From contig MFEK01000014.1 of assembly GCA_001779925.1 (NCBI GenBank), positions 86,983 through 150,982 on the forward strand: a stretch of 64,000 nt of DNA, read 5' to 3'. The DNA is from Candidatus Doudnabacteria bacterium RIFCSPHIGHO2_01_FULL_46_14. Lineage in GTDB: Bacteria > Patescibacteriota > Doudnabacteria > UBA920 > 2-01-FULL-46-14. A program made the position numbers and the translations under genes. The notes under the pieces are model-generated. The model was given only the letters and a program-made list of their open reading frames with translations, did no database searches and had not been told where the DNA came from. This document shows positions 16,787 to 26,623 of the stretch, piece after piece. Each line of letters begins with the position of its first letter. Position 1 is the first letter of the stretch.

Positions 16787-17473
16787 ATGGAAAAACTAAA
16801 GAAAATTTATTTTATCGCTGGGGTAGGAATCATGGCTTTTGGCATTGCTGCCGGCGCCGTATGGACTTTCCATCGGCCGGAGGAGAAAGCTCCTGAGAGC
16901 GCAACCGAAAGCGGAGTTTTAGGAGAGTCAAAAGAAAAAACTGCCGGCGCTGATTCTGATTCTGCAGATAGCCCAGCACCTGATCTCCTTGAAAATCCTG
17001 CATCAGCGCAAGCAGGCAAGGAATCGATTAAGCCATCTGCACCAGTCTCGGCGCCGCCTCCCGCCCAAGCTCCTGCCCCTCCGCCAGCTGGCGGACCAAA
17101 GCCAAAACCAATAGTAAAAAAGATTGATCCGTGTATTCAGGCTGCGGGCGATTTGGAGGCAAAAAAATCAGCAGCGCAGAAACTACTGGAGAAAGAACAA
17201 GGGGAAATTGAAAAGGAGTTTCAAGACCTTGCCAGAAAACGCACCGACGCGATAAATAAATATCTTACCGCAATCGCCCTGGCTACCGCAAAATACAATT
17301 CCTCGACCAGCACAGAAGCTTATGTTATTTATAAAGACGAACAAACCGAAGCGCAAAGCGATTACGCTCAGGCAAATGCGGACATCAGCGTTCAGGAAAC
17401 AGCAGTGACTGAGAGTAAGAAAATATCCCGGCAAAAATACGATGCTATTGCCGCGGAGCAGTTGTCTTGCTGA
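16787..17473 (+). CDS. Membrane-anchored protein with Pro/Ala-rich linker, unknown function
   Basis: N-terminal TM helix, APPPAQAPAPPPAGGPKPKP linker, coiled-coil C-terminus. Confidence 0.4.
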   Translation: MEKLKKIYFIAGVGIMAFGIAAGAVWTFHRPEEKAPESATESGVLGESKEKTAGADSDSADSPAPDLLENPASAQAGKESIKPSAPVSAPPPAQAPAPPPAGGPKPKPIVKKIDPCIQAAGDLEAKKSAAQKLLEKEQGEIEKEFQDLARKRTDAINKYLTAIALATAKYNSSTSTEAYVIYKDEQTEAQSDYAQANADISVQETAVTESKKISRQKYDAIAAEQLSC

Positions 17474-17497
17474 GCCGCAATTATTAATTTCTCACGG

Positions 17498-17848
17498 GTG
17501 AATAACGAAATCAAAATCGTCCAATCGCCAATTTCAATAGATGAGCTGCGGCAAATAGCTGCAAAGACTTTTGGCGATATGGTGAAAATCGTTGTCGATT
17601 TAGAAAAGGGAATTATGGCAGCAGGCGGGGAGCTTCATGCGGACGAGGAGGCGATACTGCTCGATCATGGTTCTAAACAAAATGATTTGTGGGGTGCAAA
17701 CATTTATATCAATGAACCGCGCGATTCATGGCTTGTGTACGATTCGATGATCAACCTGAGACCGAGCCAGGGGAACCTTTTGCGTACCGTGCAGAGTTCC
17801 GAAATCCGCGATAAAATTACCCAAGTCGTAAACAAATTGATACAATGA
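17498..17848 (+). CDS. Hypothetical protein (116 aa)
   Basis: ORF; ATGA-coupled to the next ORF. Confidence 0.4.
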   Translation: MNNEIKIVQSPISIDELRQIAAKTFGDMVKIVVDLEKGIMAAGGELHADEEAILLDHGSKQNDLWGANIYINEPRDSWLVYDSMINLRPSQGNLLRTVQSSEIRDKITQVVNKLIQ

Positions 17849-18165
17849 TTCACGAATCACTTGCTGCCGGCCGTTGGCAGAAAATGACTCTCGCAGAGCA
17901 GATGGGCAATGTCGGCAGTGAATTTGAGCGTGCTCGGGTTTGGAAGCAAAAGGCTCGCCCCGACAAATTTGAGCCGGCATTAGCAAGATTTGCAGAGCTT
18001 ATGGATCTGACGGTTTCTGACCAGCGCTGGCAGGGGATGCGGCGCAGGGAGCTGGCCCGTGCAAAAGAAGAAAGCCTTGCTGCGCTCATCGGCGAAGATT
18101 TGCAACAGCAGAGCTTGCAGGATTATTTTTTGCAATTCGCTATCCTGGCTCGCGCCAAACACTGA
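17845..18165 (+). CDS. Hypothetical protein, possibly MazG-like nucleotide pyrophosphohydrolase fold
   Basis: MTLAEQMGNVGSEFERA resembles the MazG helix; weak. Confidence 0.3.
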   Translation: MIHESLAAGRWQKMTLAEQMGNVGSEFERARVWKQKARPDKFEPALARFAELMDLTVSDQRWQGMRRRELARAKEESLAALIGEDLQQQSLQDYFLQFAILARAKH

Positions 18166-18194
18166 CCCAAAATTATTTTTTAATCCAATCAATC

Positions 18195-18785
18195 ATGAAA
18201 AAATACATCGCAGAACTCATCGGTACATTTAGCCTAGCGCTAGCCGTGTCTGTAGCTTTAACTAATAATTTACTGCTGGCGCCGGTTGCGGCAGGTCTGA
18301 CGCTCGCTTTGTTTGTTTATACGATCGGTCACGTTTCCGGATCACACATCAATCCCGCAGTGACGCTTGGTTTTTTGTTTATGAAAAAAATTGATATCAA
18401 AGACGCGCTCGGTTACATTGCCGCGCAATTTTTAGGAGCGTTTTTAGCTGTCATGATTTTTGGACAGTTCTCTTCTGAAGCAATAAATCTGGTAAGTCCT
18501 GATTCGCTAAAGGTTGGAATCGCTGAGATGATCGGATCATTTCTGTTTACTTTCGGTATTGCTGCCGCAGTCCACGAAAGAACCCCCTCAGCTGTCAAAG
18601 GCTTGGTGATCGGCGGCTCACTGCTTTTGGGGATTGTTATTGCGTCTATTGGCTCAAATGGAATTCTCAATCCTGCGGTAGCCTATGCTCTCGGTTCGTT
18701 TTCCTGGGCATATGCGCTAGGGCCGATCTTGGGCGCGGTTTTGGGCATGTGGTTTTTTTCTTTTACTGATCGCGCTAATCACTGA
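18195..18785 (+). CDS. Compact MIP-family channel (aquaporin-like)
   Basis: Two NPA boxes (SGSHINPAVTLG and GILNPAVAYALG) and six predicted TM helices in 196 aa. Confidence 0.65.
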   Translation: MKKYIAELIGTFSLALAVSVALTNNLLLAPVAAGLTLALFVYTIGHVSGSHINPAVTLGFLFMKKIDIKDALGYIAAQFLGAFLAVMIFGQFSSEAINLVSPDSLKVGIAEMIGSFLFTFGIAAAVHERTPSAVKGLVIGGSLLLGIVIASIGSNGILNPAVAYALGSFSWAYALGPILGAVLGMWFFSFTDRANH

Positions 18786-20119
18786 TTGAGCGCTTCGATA
18801 TCAGCTTGGTATTGATTGGCCATTTTGACGACATTGTCGCCGTAAAATCTATATTTGGTATTAGTGCCACCCGAGAAATAACGCATGGCCGCGGCCCATT
18901 CGCCTCCCACAGTGCCCGCGCCTCCCGCGTGCAGTTTGATCGCTGAAGCGATAAACGCGTCCCGGATATCCCAGGGGTTCGCGGTTTTGCCGGTGATGGC
19001 CGCAACTTTATCTTTATAGCCCATCCATGTTGAAGGAATAAATTGCGCCGGCCCCATAGCCCCGCCCCAGCCGATTTGCTTGCCGTTCCGACGCATGGGA
19101 CAGGAAACAGGGGTAGTGTCCGGGTCCATTCCCAGATCTGCTGTGATTAGTTTAAATGGCTCCTGGTCGCGCTCGGGTTTCATGACCACTCGCCAGCTTT
19201 TTTCCGGCGGATCGCCTGGGCGGTTGCAGGTGCCCACGTTTTTTCCCAGGTTTGATTCCTGCGTTAGAATGGCGAGTAAAAAAGCTGCGCGCACGCCAGT
19301 CATGCCTGAGGCATATTTGGCGATTTCCACGGCTTCGCCAAAGGTGATTTGCGTGTTGACGCCGAGCAGCTGATAGAGGCGATTTCTAATTTCCCCGGCT
19401 TTCTTTTTACTGTCGCCCAGCACTGCCTGATATTCTGACTCGAGCCCGCGGGTTTGCTCGAGGATGGTTTTTTGTTCGGTTTCCGTGCCCACTAGCTGCT
19501 CTTTTTGCAGGCTTTGGATAGACAAAAGATTATTTGCCTCGTCATGCTGCTCGCCAAGCGCGGTTTTTGCAGCCGTCAATTTTTCGTTTGTCTGTTTGGC
19601 TGCGTCAAGCAACGTGCCCAAGCCTTCGGAAACCTGCGAATAATATTCCAGTTCGGAGAGCACGTCCGAAAGATTGTCGTGGGAGAGCACGATGTGCAGA
19701 AGGGGAGTGTTGTCCTGTTCGTACGCAAGCGCAATCAACTCTGCCAGTTGCTTTTTCAGTTCAGACATTTTTGCGGCGTTGCGCTCGATAGAATCTTCTG
19801 TGACAGCAATGCGGCTGCCAATCTCGCTGATGCGTACAGTAGTCGCGCGAATCTGTAGATTCAAAGCGGACTGCTGTTTTTTGAGGGCTTTGATTTTATT
19901 CTGCAGACTGTCTTTTTGTCCTTTGATTTCCGTGAGCTCGCGCTCGTACGCGCGGATCTGGTTTTCTATGTCCAGCAGCTGCCGCTCCAGATCCGTTTTT
20001 TCATCCTGGCCTGCTTGTCCGCCTTGGGTGGACTGTCCGCTCGCCGGGACAATACTGCTTCCTAGAATCACAGCAAGTAAAATCAGCCTGGCTATGTATT
20101 TTTTAGCTCGAGAATTCAT
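18779..20119 (-). CDS. Secreted lytic transglycosylase (SLT domain) with long N-terminal coiled coil (EnvC-like)
   Basis: Signal peptide, about 250 aa of coiled coil, C-terminal LTQESN..GPAQFIPSTW SLT motifs. Confidence 0.6.
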   Translation of the reverse strand: MNSRAKKYIARLILLAVILGSSIVPASGQSTQGGQAGQDEKTDLERQLLDIENQIRAYERELTEIKGQKDSLQNKIKALKKQQSALNLQIRATTVRISEIGSRIAVTEDSIERNAAKMSELKKQLAELIALAYEQDNTPLLHIVLSHDNLSDVLSELEYYSQVSEGLGTLLDAAKQTNEKLTAAKTALGEQHDEANNLLSIQSLQKEQLVGTETEQKTILEQTRGLESEYQAVLGDSKKKAGEIRNRLYQLLGVNTQITFGEAVEIAKYASGMTGVRAAFLLAILTQESNLGKNVGTCNRPGDPPEKSWRVVMKPERDQEPFKLITADLGMDPDTTPVSCPMRRNGKQIGWGGAMGPAQFIPSTWMGYKDKVAAITGKTANPWDIRDAFIASAIKLHAGGAGTVGGEWAAAMRYFSGGTNTKYRFYGDNVVKMANQYQADIEALNQ

Positions 20120-20177
20120 CTATTTATGATTATATCATAGATGAAAAAATAAGCAGAAAAGACACGCTATAGCCTAA

Positions 20178-20207
20178 ATGTATTAGCGTGTTAACATGCT
20201 AATACAT
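20178..20207. promoter_or_regulatory. 30-bp near-perfect palindrome ATGTATTAGCGTGTTAACATGCTAATACAT, operator-like
   Basis: Read directly. Lies about 60 bp upstream of the transglycosylase start. Confidence 0.35.
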
Positions 20208-20470
20208 CAGATAAAAAAGAAAACGGGGCACTATGGCAATGTCCCGTTGATTCATAAATTCAGTCCGGCTATTGGTTGATGTATCTTGCCGCATAGAAAT
20301 TGTATACCTGATCATCGCGGCGGATTACACCTATAATTTTTTTGCGGCTCGTGGGAATTAAAGTGACCATTGCCCAGGTTGAGGAGATGGTTAGCGGAAA
20401 AAATAGAACGAATCGGCATGAGCAGCGTGACGACAAGGTATAGGAAAAAGTGAACATAGTTTATTCAAAA

Positions 20471-20498
20471 TAACCCGCCAACCATACGGTTGGCGGGT
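20471..20498 (-). terminator. Strong hairpin AACCCGCCAACC ATAC GGTTGGCGGGTT, terminator for glnII
   Basis: 12-bp perfect stem about 27 bp past the glnII stop, then a T-rich run in the minus sense. Confidence 0.45.
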
Positions 20499-20524
20499 TA
20501 GAAATGGCTGAATAGGTTACGGTT

Positions 20525-21532
20525 TTATCCGCAGACGGTTTCGATGAGGCGGGCGGTGACGCGGTAAGGGTCCATGTTCGCAGCTGGGCGGCGGTCCTCG
20601 AGATAGCCGCGGCCTAGCTGGGCGGTAAAGATCGGGATGCGGATCGAAGCACCGCGGTCTGATATGCCAAAGCGGAACTCGTCGATCTTTGCGGTTTCGT
20701 GCTTGCCGGTGAGGCGCAAATGATTGTCTGCGCCGTAGACCGCGATGTGCTCGTCACGCTTTAGGCCGAGTTTGTAGCAGGCTTCTTCCACAGCCCGCAT
20801 ACCGCCTTCGTCGCGCATGGCGCGCGTGGAGAAATTGGTGTGCGCTCCAGCGCCATTCCAATCCGCTGCGGGTTTGGGATGGAGCGACACAATGATGTCC
20901 ATCTCCTCGCCGATGCGCTGTAAGAGCCAGCGGGCCAACCACAGTTCGTCCGAGGCTTCCAAGGGACCCACCGGCCCGATTTGGAACTCCCACTGGCCAG
21001 GCATGACCTCGGCATTGATGCCAGCAAGAGTGAGACCGGCTTGCAGACAAGCTTCCATGTGCGCTTCCACGAGCCTGCGCCCGAAGATTTTGTCAGCGCC
21101 CACGCCGCAGTAGTACGGCCCCTGCGGACCAGGATAACCGTTTTCCGGAAAGCCCAGCGGCCGGTTGCCTTTGTACATAGTGTATTCCTGCTCAATGCCA
21201 AACCACGGCTCTTGATCTTCGTACTGTTTGGCGACTGCTCGCAAGCGCGCTCGGGCATTGCTTTCATGAGCTGTGCCGTCAGGACTGAGCACCTCGCACA
21301 TCACGAGAATATTGTCCTCGTTTCGGATCGGATCAGGGGTAAACCGCACTGGAACGAGGAGGCAATCGCTCTTGTGTCCTGTGGCCTGCTCTGTGCTCGA
21401 GCCGTCAAACCCCCAACCCGGAATTTCCGCGAGAGAATTAACTGGCCCAGGCAGGATTTTGGTTTTTGATCTCAAGGAAGCCGTGGGTTTGTAACCATCG
21501 AGCCATATATATTCGGCTTTGATTTTTGCCAT
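20525..21532 (-). CDS. glnII: Glutamine synthetase, short GSII-like form
   Basis: N-terminal AKIKAEYIWLDG and GS catalytic-domain motifs throughout. Confidence 0.7.
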   Translation of the reverse strand: MAKIKAEYIWLDGYKPTASLRSKTKILPGPVNSLAEIPGWGFDGSSTEQATGHKSDCLLVPVRFTPDPIRNEDNILVMCEVLSPDGTAHESNARARLRAVAKQYEDQEPWFGIEQEYTMYKGNRPLGFPENGYPGPQGPYYCGVGADKIFGRRLVEAHMEACLQAGLTLAGINAEVMPGQWEFQIGPVGPLEASDELWLARWLLQRIGEEMDIIVSLHPKPAADWNGAGAHTNFSTRAMRDEGGMRAVEEACYKLGLKRDEHIAVYGADNHLRLTGKHETAKIDEFRFGISDRGASIRIPIFTAQLGRGYLEDRRPAANMDPYRVTARLIETVCG

Positions 21533-21554
21533 ATTTTATTGGTTATTAATAATT

Positions 21555-21610
21555 AAAAAAACTGTCAAGATTTGCGTCCGCCAGAGGCGGATGAGTACAC
21601 AGTTTTTTTT
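21555..21610. terminator. Compound hairpin AAAAAAACTGT..GCGTCCGCCAGAGGCGGATG..ACAGTTTTTTTT
   Basis: Outer A/T arms plus inner GTCCGCC-N3-GGCGGA core, related to the 26664 and 38467 repeats. Confidence 0.4.
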
Positions 21611-21636
21611 AATCCTATTCTATTTTTTTTATTATA

Positions 21637-21912
21637 TCATGGCCGGGGTGTGGAAAACTCGTCCCGTCCAGTGCGAGGAGGTACGGGCGACGGGACGAGC
21701 ACTGGATCCCTCCCAATTTGCTCTCCAAACACATCAGGAGAGGTGCTTGTTGGGACGGTTTCTTCCGGTCTCTGAGACGGCGATGTCGCATTTTGACCAG
21801 GTTTGTCATCCTTTTTGGGCAGTTTTTTCCAGAGAAAAACGCCTCCGACAGCAAGGACGACCAGAAACACGACCCCCAAGATGATTTTCATGCGCGATTC
21901 CATAGGTTCCAT
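21637..21912 (-). CDS. Small secreted/membrane Pro-rich protein
   Basis: N-terminal hydrophobic helix; ORF only. Confidence 0.3.
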   Translation of the reverse strand: MEPMESRMKIILGVVFLVVLAVGGVFLWKKLPKKDDKPGQNATSPSQRPEETVPTSTSPDVFGEQIGRDPVLVPSPVPPRTGRDEFSTPRP

Positions 21913-22015
21913 AGGAATAGTTTAATTTGTTCAATTATACAACCATTTAGGCTCAGTGACCAAAAAAACCTAAAAATTTGTAACTACTTTTCAGGCTCAG
22001 AGTCAGAACTTATAG

Positions 22016-23704
22016 ATGACACTCAAAAAAATATATCTTAACCTGTTAATTGTAACGTTGGTCCTGGCCAACTTTATTTTTGCCCTGCCTGCGACGGCCG
22101 ATGAGAGTTCCCGCAAGATGGTGATTTATCGCGGGCAGGATGGAGCAAGCAGGATCGAGGTCATGGAGCTGACTGCGGAAGACGCTCGGGCGCTGGCACT
22201 CGACCCTCACGTGCTGCGCGTTGAAGATGACGCGACAGTATTTGCGACTGCACAAACTCTGCCTTGGGGCGTGGACCGCATTGATGCGGATAAAGCGCAA
22301 GATTTGAGTGTCGGCGCCGGAGTTCGAGTGGCGATACTTGATAGCGGCATAGACTTGGAGCACCCGGATCTTGCCGGCCGAATAAAAGGCGGTTACAATG
22401 CGCTCTCGCCAGGAGCTTCTTATGATGATGATTTCGGGCATGGCACACACGTTGCCGGCATTGTCGCTGGCCTGAGTAACAGCATCGGCATTGTGGGCGT
22501 GGCGCCTGCCGCGGATTTGTACGCCGTAAAAGTTTTGGATAGCACAGGCAGTGGATTTGTTTCAGATATTATTGCGGGCATTAACTGGGCCGCAGAAAAC
22601 GGCGTGCAAATAATCAATCTGAGTTTGGCAACGTCTTCTGACGTGCAGTCCTTGCACGATGCGGTATCCGCGGCAGTAAGCCGCGGGGTTCTGGTAGTGG
22701 TCGCGGCAGGAAACGATGGCGGGACCGTGAAATATCCGGCCGCGTATCCGGAAGCAATCGCCGTGGCGGCTCTGGACCAAACAGATAATCTTGCCAGCTG
22801 GTCATCGCGCGGGCCGGAAATCGATTTACTTGCTCCTGGGGCGAGTATTTATTCAACGTACGCAGGAGGGATTTATAAATTAATGCGCGGTACGTCCATG
22901 GCGGCTCCTCATGTTTCCGGAGCAGCCGCTTTGATTATGAGCAAGGGAAGCCTAAGCCCGGATGAGGTCAAAACGAAATTGTTAAATTCAGCAGAAACGC
23001 TTGTCTCAGACTATAAATTGGTTGATGCGGAAAATGCTGTGGCGCAAACCGCAAATCCACCACCTGTTGTTCCCTCAAATTCCACACCAGTTAATCAGCC
23101 TGTACAGACGGTTCCCAATCCTATTTCAGCGGCCCCGCCGCAAAGTTCTCCGACCCCTGTTGGACATGCGCCCGGTACCCTCATAAACATGAACGGTACA
23201 ATCTGGCGCATAACTGATGATGGCCAGGCAAGGCAAGGTTTTGACAGCTTGGAAAAATTTTTGTCGTATCGCTTCAAATTTACCATCGTCATGCGAGCCA
23301 ACACGGCCGACATGGCCAAACCTGATGCAGGCCTCATGTCGTGGAGCGACGGCGTACTTTTTAATGACAATGGCACTGTGTACCAGATCTCGGGCGGGCA
23401 AAAGCACGGCTTCACGTCGGCAGGGATTTTTTTGGCTCTTGGTTTTCGATTTGAAAATGTGATTTCCGGCCGGCCAAACGCGCCTACCGGTGCGCCGATT
23501 GTGGATCTTGATAAACATCTGCCGGGAACATTTGTGGTTGGCGCAGGGACCGTATATTTAGTGACGAGTTCCGGGTTGCGGGGTGTTCCAACTCCAGAGG
23601 TACTTTTCTCTTGGGGCGGAAACTGGTCGGAAATCGTGCCAGTCAAAAGCGCGGACCGGCAAGTTTTGACTGAAAATCTCACGCTTCGCATGGCCTCTTG
23701 GTAG
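22016..23704 (+). CDS. Secreted subtilisin-like serine protease (S8) with three C-terminal ~45-aa GTxY repeats
   Basis: Catalytic triad motifs ILDSGID, HGTHVAG and GTSMAAPHVSG. The C-terminal repeats are shared with the 39358 and 45244 proteins. Confidence 0.8.
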   Translation: MTLKKIYLNLLIVTLVLANFIFALPATADESSRKMVIYRGQDGASRIEVMELTAEDARALALDPHVLRVEDDATVFATAQTLPWGVDRIDADKAQDLSVGAGVRVAILDSGIDLEHPDLAGRIKGGYNALSPGASYDDDFGHGTHVAGIVAGLSNSIGIVGVAPAADLYAVKVLDSTGSGFVSDIIAGINWAAENGVQIINLSLATSSDVQSLHDAVSAAVSRGVLVVVAAGNDGGTVKYPAAYPEAIAVAALDQTDNLASWSSRGPEIDLLAPGASIYSTYAGGIYKLMRGTSMAAPHVSGAAALIMSKGSLSPDEVKTKLLNSAETLVSDYKLVDAENAVAQTANPPPVVPSNSTPVNQPVQTVPNPISAAPPQSSPTPVGHAPGTLINMNGTIWRITDDGQARQGFDSLEKFLSYRFKFTIVMRANTADMAKPDAGLMSWSDGVLFNDNGTVYQISGGQKHGFTSAGIFLALGFRFENVISGRPNAPTGAPIVDLDKHLPGTFVVGAGTVYLVTSSGLRGVPTPEVLFSWGGNWSEIVPVKSADRQVLTENLTLRMASW

Positions 23705-23736
23705 AAACTGATTTTTTGGCCTATAATTAAGCCAGA

Positions 23737-24279
23737 ATGTCGGTATTGAAACAAAAAATAAAATCAGGGTTTACTTTGATAGAGTTATTGGTGGTTATCG
23801 CCGTGATCGGTCTGCTGGCGAGCGTGATTTTGATTAGCTTGAACACCGCCCGGATCAAAGCCAGAGATAACCAGCGCAAGGCTACACTGAGGCAGCTAAA
23901 GACGGCTTTGGAACTCTATTTTGATGCTAATGGCAGTTACCCTGTAACTGTAGCCGGACCCTGGCCTTGGTGGTATTCGTCAGAGCCTGGTGACGCGGCA
24001 GCTAACGGCCCCGGCAACAACGGCGTGTGGATTTCAGGGCTGGTTCCTACCTATCTAGGATCTCTGCCGCGTGACCCACTCGGAGGAATCTCGCCTTACC
24101 CGGGTTGCGGCGGGACCTGGAAAAGATCGTACATATACACGAGTGATGCTACGAGTTATAAACTCGTCTCGCAGTGCTCTCCAGAAGGGGGGACAGTACT
24201 GTCCTCTGACGCTTTTTACGATCCGGTTCGCCCAGGTTATGCTTGGATGGTGTGTGCCGGCGTATCGTGTTCTTATTGA
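23737..24279 (+). CDS. Type IV pilin-like protein, array member 1
   Basis: Leader MSVLKQKIKSG then FTLIELLVVIAVIGLLASVILISLNTARIKARD; Cys pair near the C-terminus. Confidence 0.65.
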   Translation: MSVLKQKIKSGFTLIELLVVIAVIGLLASVILISLNTARIKARDNQRKATLRQLKTALELYFDANGSYPVTVAGPWPWWYSSEPGDAAANGPGNNGVWISGLVPTYLGSLPRDPLGGISPYPGCGGTWKRSYIYTSDATSYKLVSQCSPEGGTVLSSDAFYDPVRPGYAWMVCAGVSCSY

Positions 24280-24368
24280 AAGATATAGATTTGAGATCTA
24301 AAATCCAGTATTCTCGCTCATGGCAAGCAATGATGTAGCCTTACAAAGCAGGGGGAGGCTTTACCCTC

Positions 24369-24429
24369 TTAGAAATAGCCCGTCCCAAAGGCTCTTTGGG
24401 CGCACAAAAGCGCGGGCGCAATTTCAAAT
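24369..24429. mobile_element. 61-bp member of the CCCCGTTAGAAAT element family inserted at the pilin GFTL-coding site, flanked by 12-bp direct repeat GGCTTTACCCTC (24357-24368 and 24431-24442)
   Basis: Shares the 20-mer TTAGAAATAGCCCGTCCCAA with the holA copy. Direct repeats read from the sequence. Confidence 0.6.
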
Positions 24430-24904
24430 GGGCTTTACCCTCATCGAACTCCTCGTGGTCATCTCCGTCATCGGGCTTTTGGCCAGCGTGATTATGGTGG
24501 CTTTGAATTCAGCAAGAGTAAAAGCACGGGACATTAAAAGAATGTCCGATATAGGACAATTGCAGACGGCTTTGGAACTTTATTACGATAAATACAGTAT
24601 TTATCCGAACATCTCTCAATCCGCTGATTCTACCAATTGCGAAGATCGCACGCCGGCCCTAGTTTTTTATTTGGGTGAATTCATGTCATCTATTCCCCAC
24701 GACCCACAAGGTCCGCCCGCTGTTCCAAATGTTGATGCCGGTCCCGATCGCCATTGTTATTTTTATAATGTAAAAAAGAGCGGCCAGGGTTATGTAATTA
24801 TGGCTTACCAGGTCGAGCAGGTAACGACGGCTGCAAAAGGTGAAGGAGCGGCGTGTTATCCGGATGTGGTAAACGTTTATTGTAAAGGAATCAATTACCA
24901 ATAA
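24428..24904 (+). CDS. Type IV pilin-like protein, array member 2 (alternative upstream start 24320 reads through the inserted element)
   Basis: MGFTLIELLVVISVIGLLASVIMVALNSARVKARD; the ATG lies at the element/target junction. Confidence 0.55.
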   Translation: MGFTLIELLVVISVIGLLASVIMVALNSARVKARDIKRMSDIGQLQTALELYYDKYSIYPNISQSADSTNCEDRTPALVFYLGEFMSSIPHDPQGPPAVPNVDAGPDRHCYFYNVKKSGQGYVIMAYQVEQVTTAAKGEGAACYPDVVNVYCKGINYQ

Positions 24905-24905
24905 T

Positions 24906-25481
24906 ATGGATAATAAAAAGAATTTACAGGCCAATTCAGGCTTTATCCCCACACCACAACGCCGTTTGGTGTGGGGCTTTACCCTTATCGAACTTCTTGT
25001 GGTCATATCCGTGATCGGGTTGTTGGCGAGCGTGGTTATAATTTCCCTGAATTCATCAAGGATCAAAACCAGAGACACGGTGAGAAAACAAACTTTAAAG
25101 CAGCTGCAAAAGGCTTTGGAACTGTATTTTGACGCCAACGGCAATTATCCAATAGTGTCGCCTTACTATTCTTCAGAACCAGGAGACGTATGGCCTAACG
25201 GATCCGGCGGCAATGGCGACTGGATTCCCGGACTATCGCCGAATTATGTTTCCAAGCTGCCTCGCGACCCTCTTGGCGGCGCTTCCACGAATCCGGTTTG
25301 CACCCCAGGAGGTTATAAACGAGCTTATTATTACCGAAGCCTGGATGGCAAAGAGTACAAGCTTTATTCTCACTGTGGTCCCGAAGGTTCAGTAAATTCC
25401 GATGATCCTTTTTATGATCCGTCCCGGCCAACCTGGGCCTGGATGGTCTGCTCCGGCGAACCGGCGTGTTCAACGTGGTAA
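24906..25481 (+). CDS. Type IV pilin-like protein, array member 3, with a hairpin insertion in its leader
   Basis: Leader ...ANSGFIPTPQRRLVWG then FTLIELLVVISVIGLL. The insert CCCCACACCACAACGCCGTTTGGTGTGGGG (24947-24976) lies between GGCTTTATC and GGCTTTACCC. Confidence 0.6.
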   Translation: MDNKKNLQANSGFIPTPQRRLVWGFTLIELLVVISVIGLLASVVIISLNSSRIKTRDTVRKQTLKQLQKALELYFDANGNYPIVSPYYSSEPGDVWPNGSGGNGDWIPGLSPNYVSKLPRDPLGGASTNPVCTPGGYKRAYYYRSLDGKEYKLYSHCGPEGSVNSDDPFYDPSRPTWAWMVCSGEPACSTW

Positions 25482-25516
25482 AATAAAGTAAACATTTGAC
25501 AATTAACATTTAACAA

Positions 25517-26044
25517 TTGACAAAGAGCGCACAAATCAAAAGTCAAGGCTTTACCCTCATTGAGCTCCTCGTGGTCATTTCCCTCATCGGCTTGCTCGCG
25601 AGCGTGATTTTGGTCAGTTTAAATTCGTCGCGCGTTAAGGCCAGGGACACGGTGAGGAAGCAAACCCTTAGGCAGCTGCAAAAGGGTTTAGAATTTTACT
25701 ACAATCAAATTGGAAGTTATCCGGTAACTCCAGTTAACTGCTGCTCTTCGGAACCTGGCGACCCTTGGCATCCCCAGGATGACTGGATTCCCGGTTTGGA
25801 GCCTAGCTATATTTCTAAATTGCCTAGGGATCCTTTGGGTGGAATTTCGCCAATTTGCGCAGGACCCAGATATAGAAGTTATTTGTACCAAAGCGACAGC
25901 GACGGTAAAAACTATAAACTTTATGCTTATTGCAGTCCGGAAGGCGCTATGACTGACGACCCGTCCGATCCCTTTTACAGCCCAGGGGCTTGGTGGTATA
26001 CCTGGAGGGTCTGCGGCGGCACATCGGACTGCAATTCATGGTGA
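25517..26044 (+). CDS. Type IV pilin-like protein, array member 4
   Basis: TTG start; MTKSAQIKSQG then FTLIELLVVISLIGLLASVILVSLNSSRVKARD. Confidence 0.6.
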   Translation: MTKSAQIKSQGFTLIELLVVISLIGLLASVILVSLNSSRVKARDTVRKQTLRQLQKGLEFYYNQIGSYPVTPVNCCSSEPGDPWHPQDDWIPGLEPSYISKLPRDPLGGISPICAGPRYRSYLYQSDSDGKNYKLYAYCSPEGAMTDDPSDPFYSPGAWWYTWRVCGGTSDCNSW

Positions 26045-26055
26045 TAAATAGACTT

Positions 26056-26592
26056 ATGGAAAAAAACCAAAAAGCCTTTACCCTCATCGAACTCCTCGTC
26101 GTCATCGCCGTCATCGGTTTGCTGGCCAGCGTGGTTTTGGTGGCGATGAATAATTCACGGGCCAAGGCAAGGGATGCCAAACGGATCGCTGAAAAAAAAC
26201 AGGCGGTTACGGCGTTTAATTTATATTACAATGATAACGGCAAGTGGCCGCTAACCGTTTCTTCCTTTACACCCTCATCGAATTGTTTGGCGTCAAGTTC
26301 GGAAACTTGCTGGCTTGGCTCCAGAACAGGATTAGATTCACTTGTTAGCGCCCTTTCGCCGTATTTATCTTCTCTTCCGACAAACAATGTGCCAAGCGGT
26401 GTCCGGGCGTATAATCGGTTATTATATACAGACAATGCAAATGCCGGCGATATTGTCGCAGGCAGTCCCGCCGGAGCGTGGCTCATTTGGGTTCAGGAAA
26501 CCGGCATGACACCGGACAAGTGCGCAAGCAATATTATTTCAAACTATAGCGACGGCTATTTGTATTGCTATGAATTTTTGGGTCCGCCTTAG
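26056..26592 (+). CDS. Type IV pilin-like protein, array member 5 (Ala at the -1 cleavage position)
   Basis: MEKNQKA then FTLIELLVVIAVIGLLASVVLVAMNNSRAKARD. The upstream ORF extension to 25990 overlaps the previous gene and is unlikely. Confidence 0.55.
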   Translation: MEKNQKAFTLIELLVVIAVIGLLASVVLVAMNNSRAKARDAKRIAEKKQAVTAFNLYYNDNGKWPLTVSSFTPSSNCLASSSETCWLGSRTGLDSLVSALSPYLSSLPTNNVPSGVRAYNRLLYTDNANAGDIVAGSPAGAWLIWVQETGMTPDKCASNIISNYSDGYLYCYEFLGPP

Positions 26593-26623
26593 AAATATAT
26601 TTTGTATATTATAAAATAATTTT

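Noticed and set aside
20269-20457. 62-aa minus-strand ORF between glnII and the transglycosylase gene
   Set aside because: It overlaps the glnII terminator hairpin and lies in the promoter region. It has no SD or motif, so it is probably non-coding.
24320-24427. Long N-terminal extension (MASNDVALQSRGRLYPLRNSPSQRLFGRTKARAQFQ) of pilin 2
   Set aside because: The extension is encoded by the inserted MITE and its left flank. A 36-aa prepilin leader is implausible, so I prefer the start at 24428, though read-through cannot be excluded.
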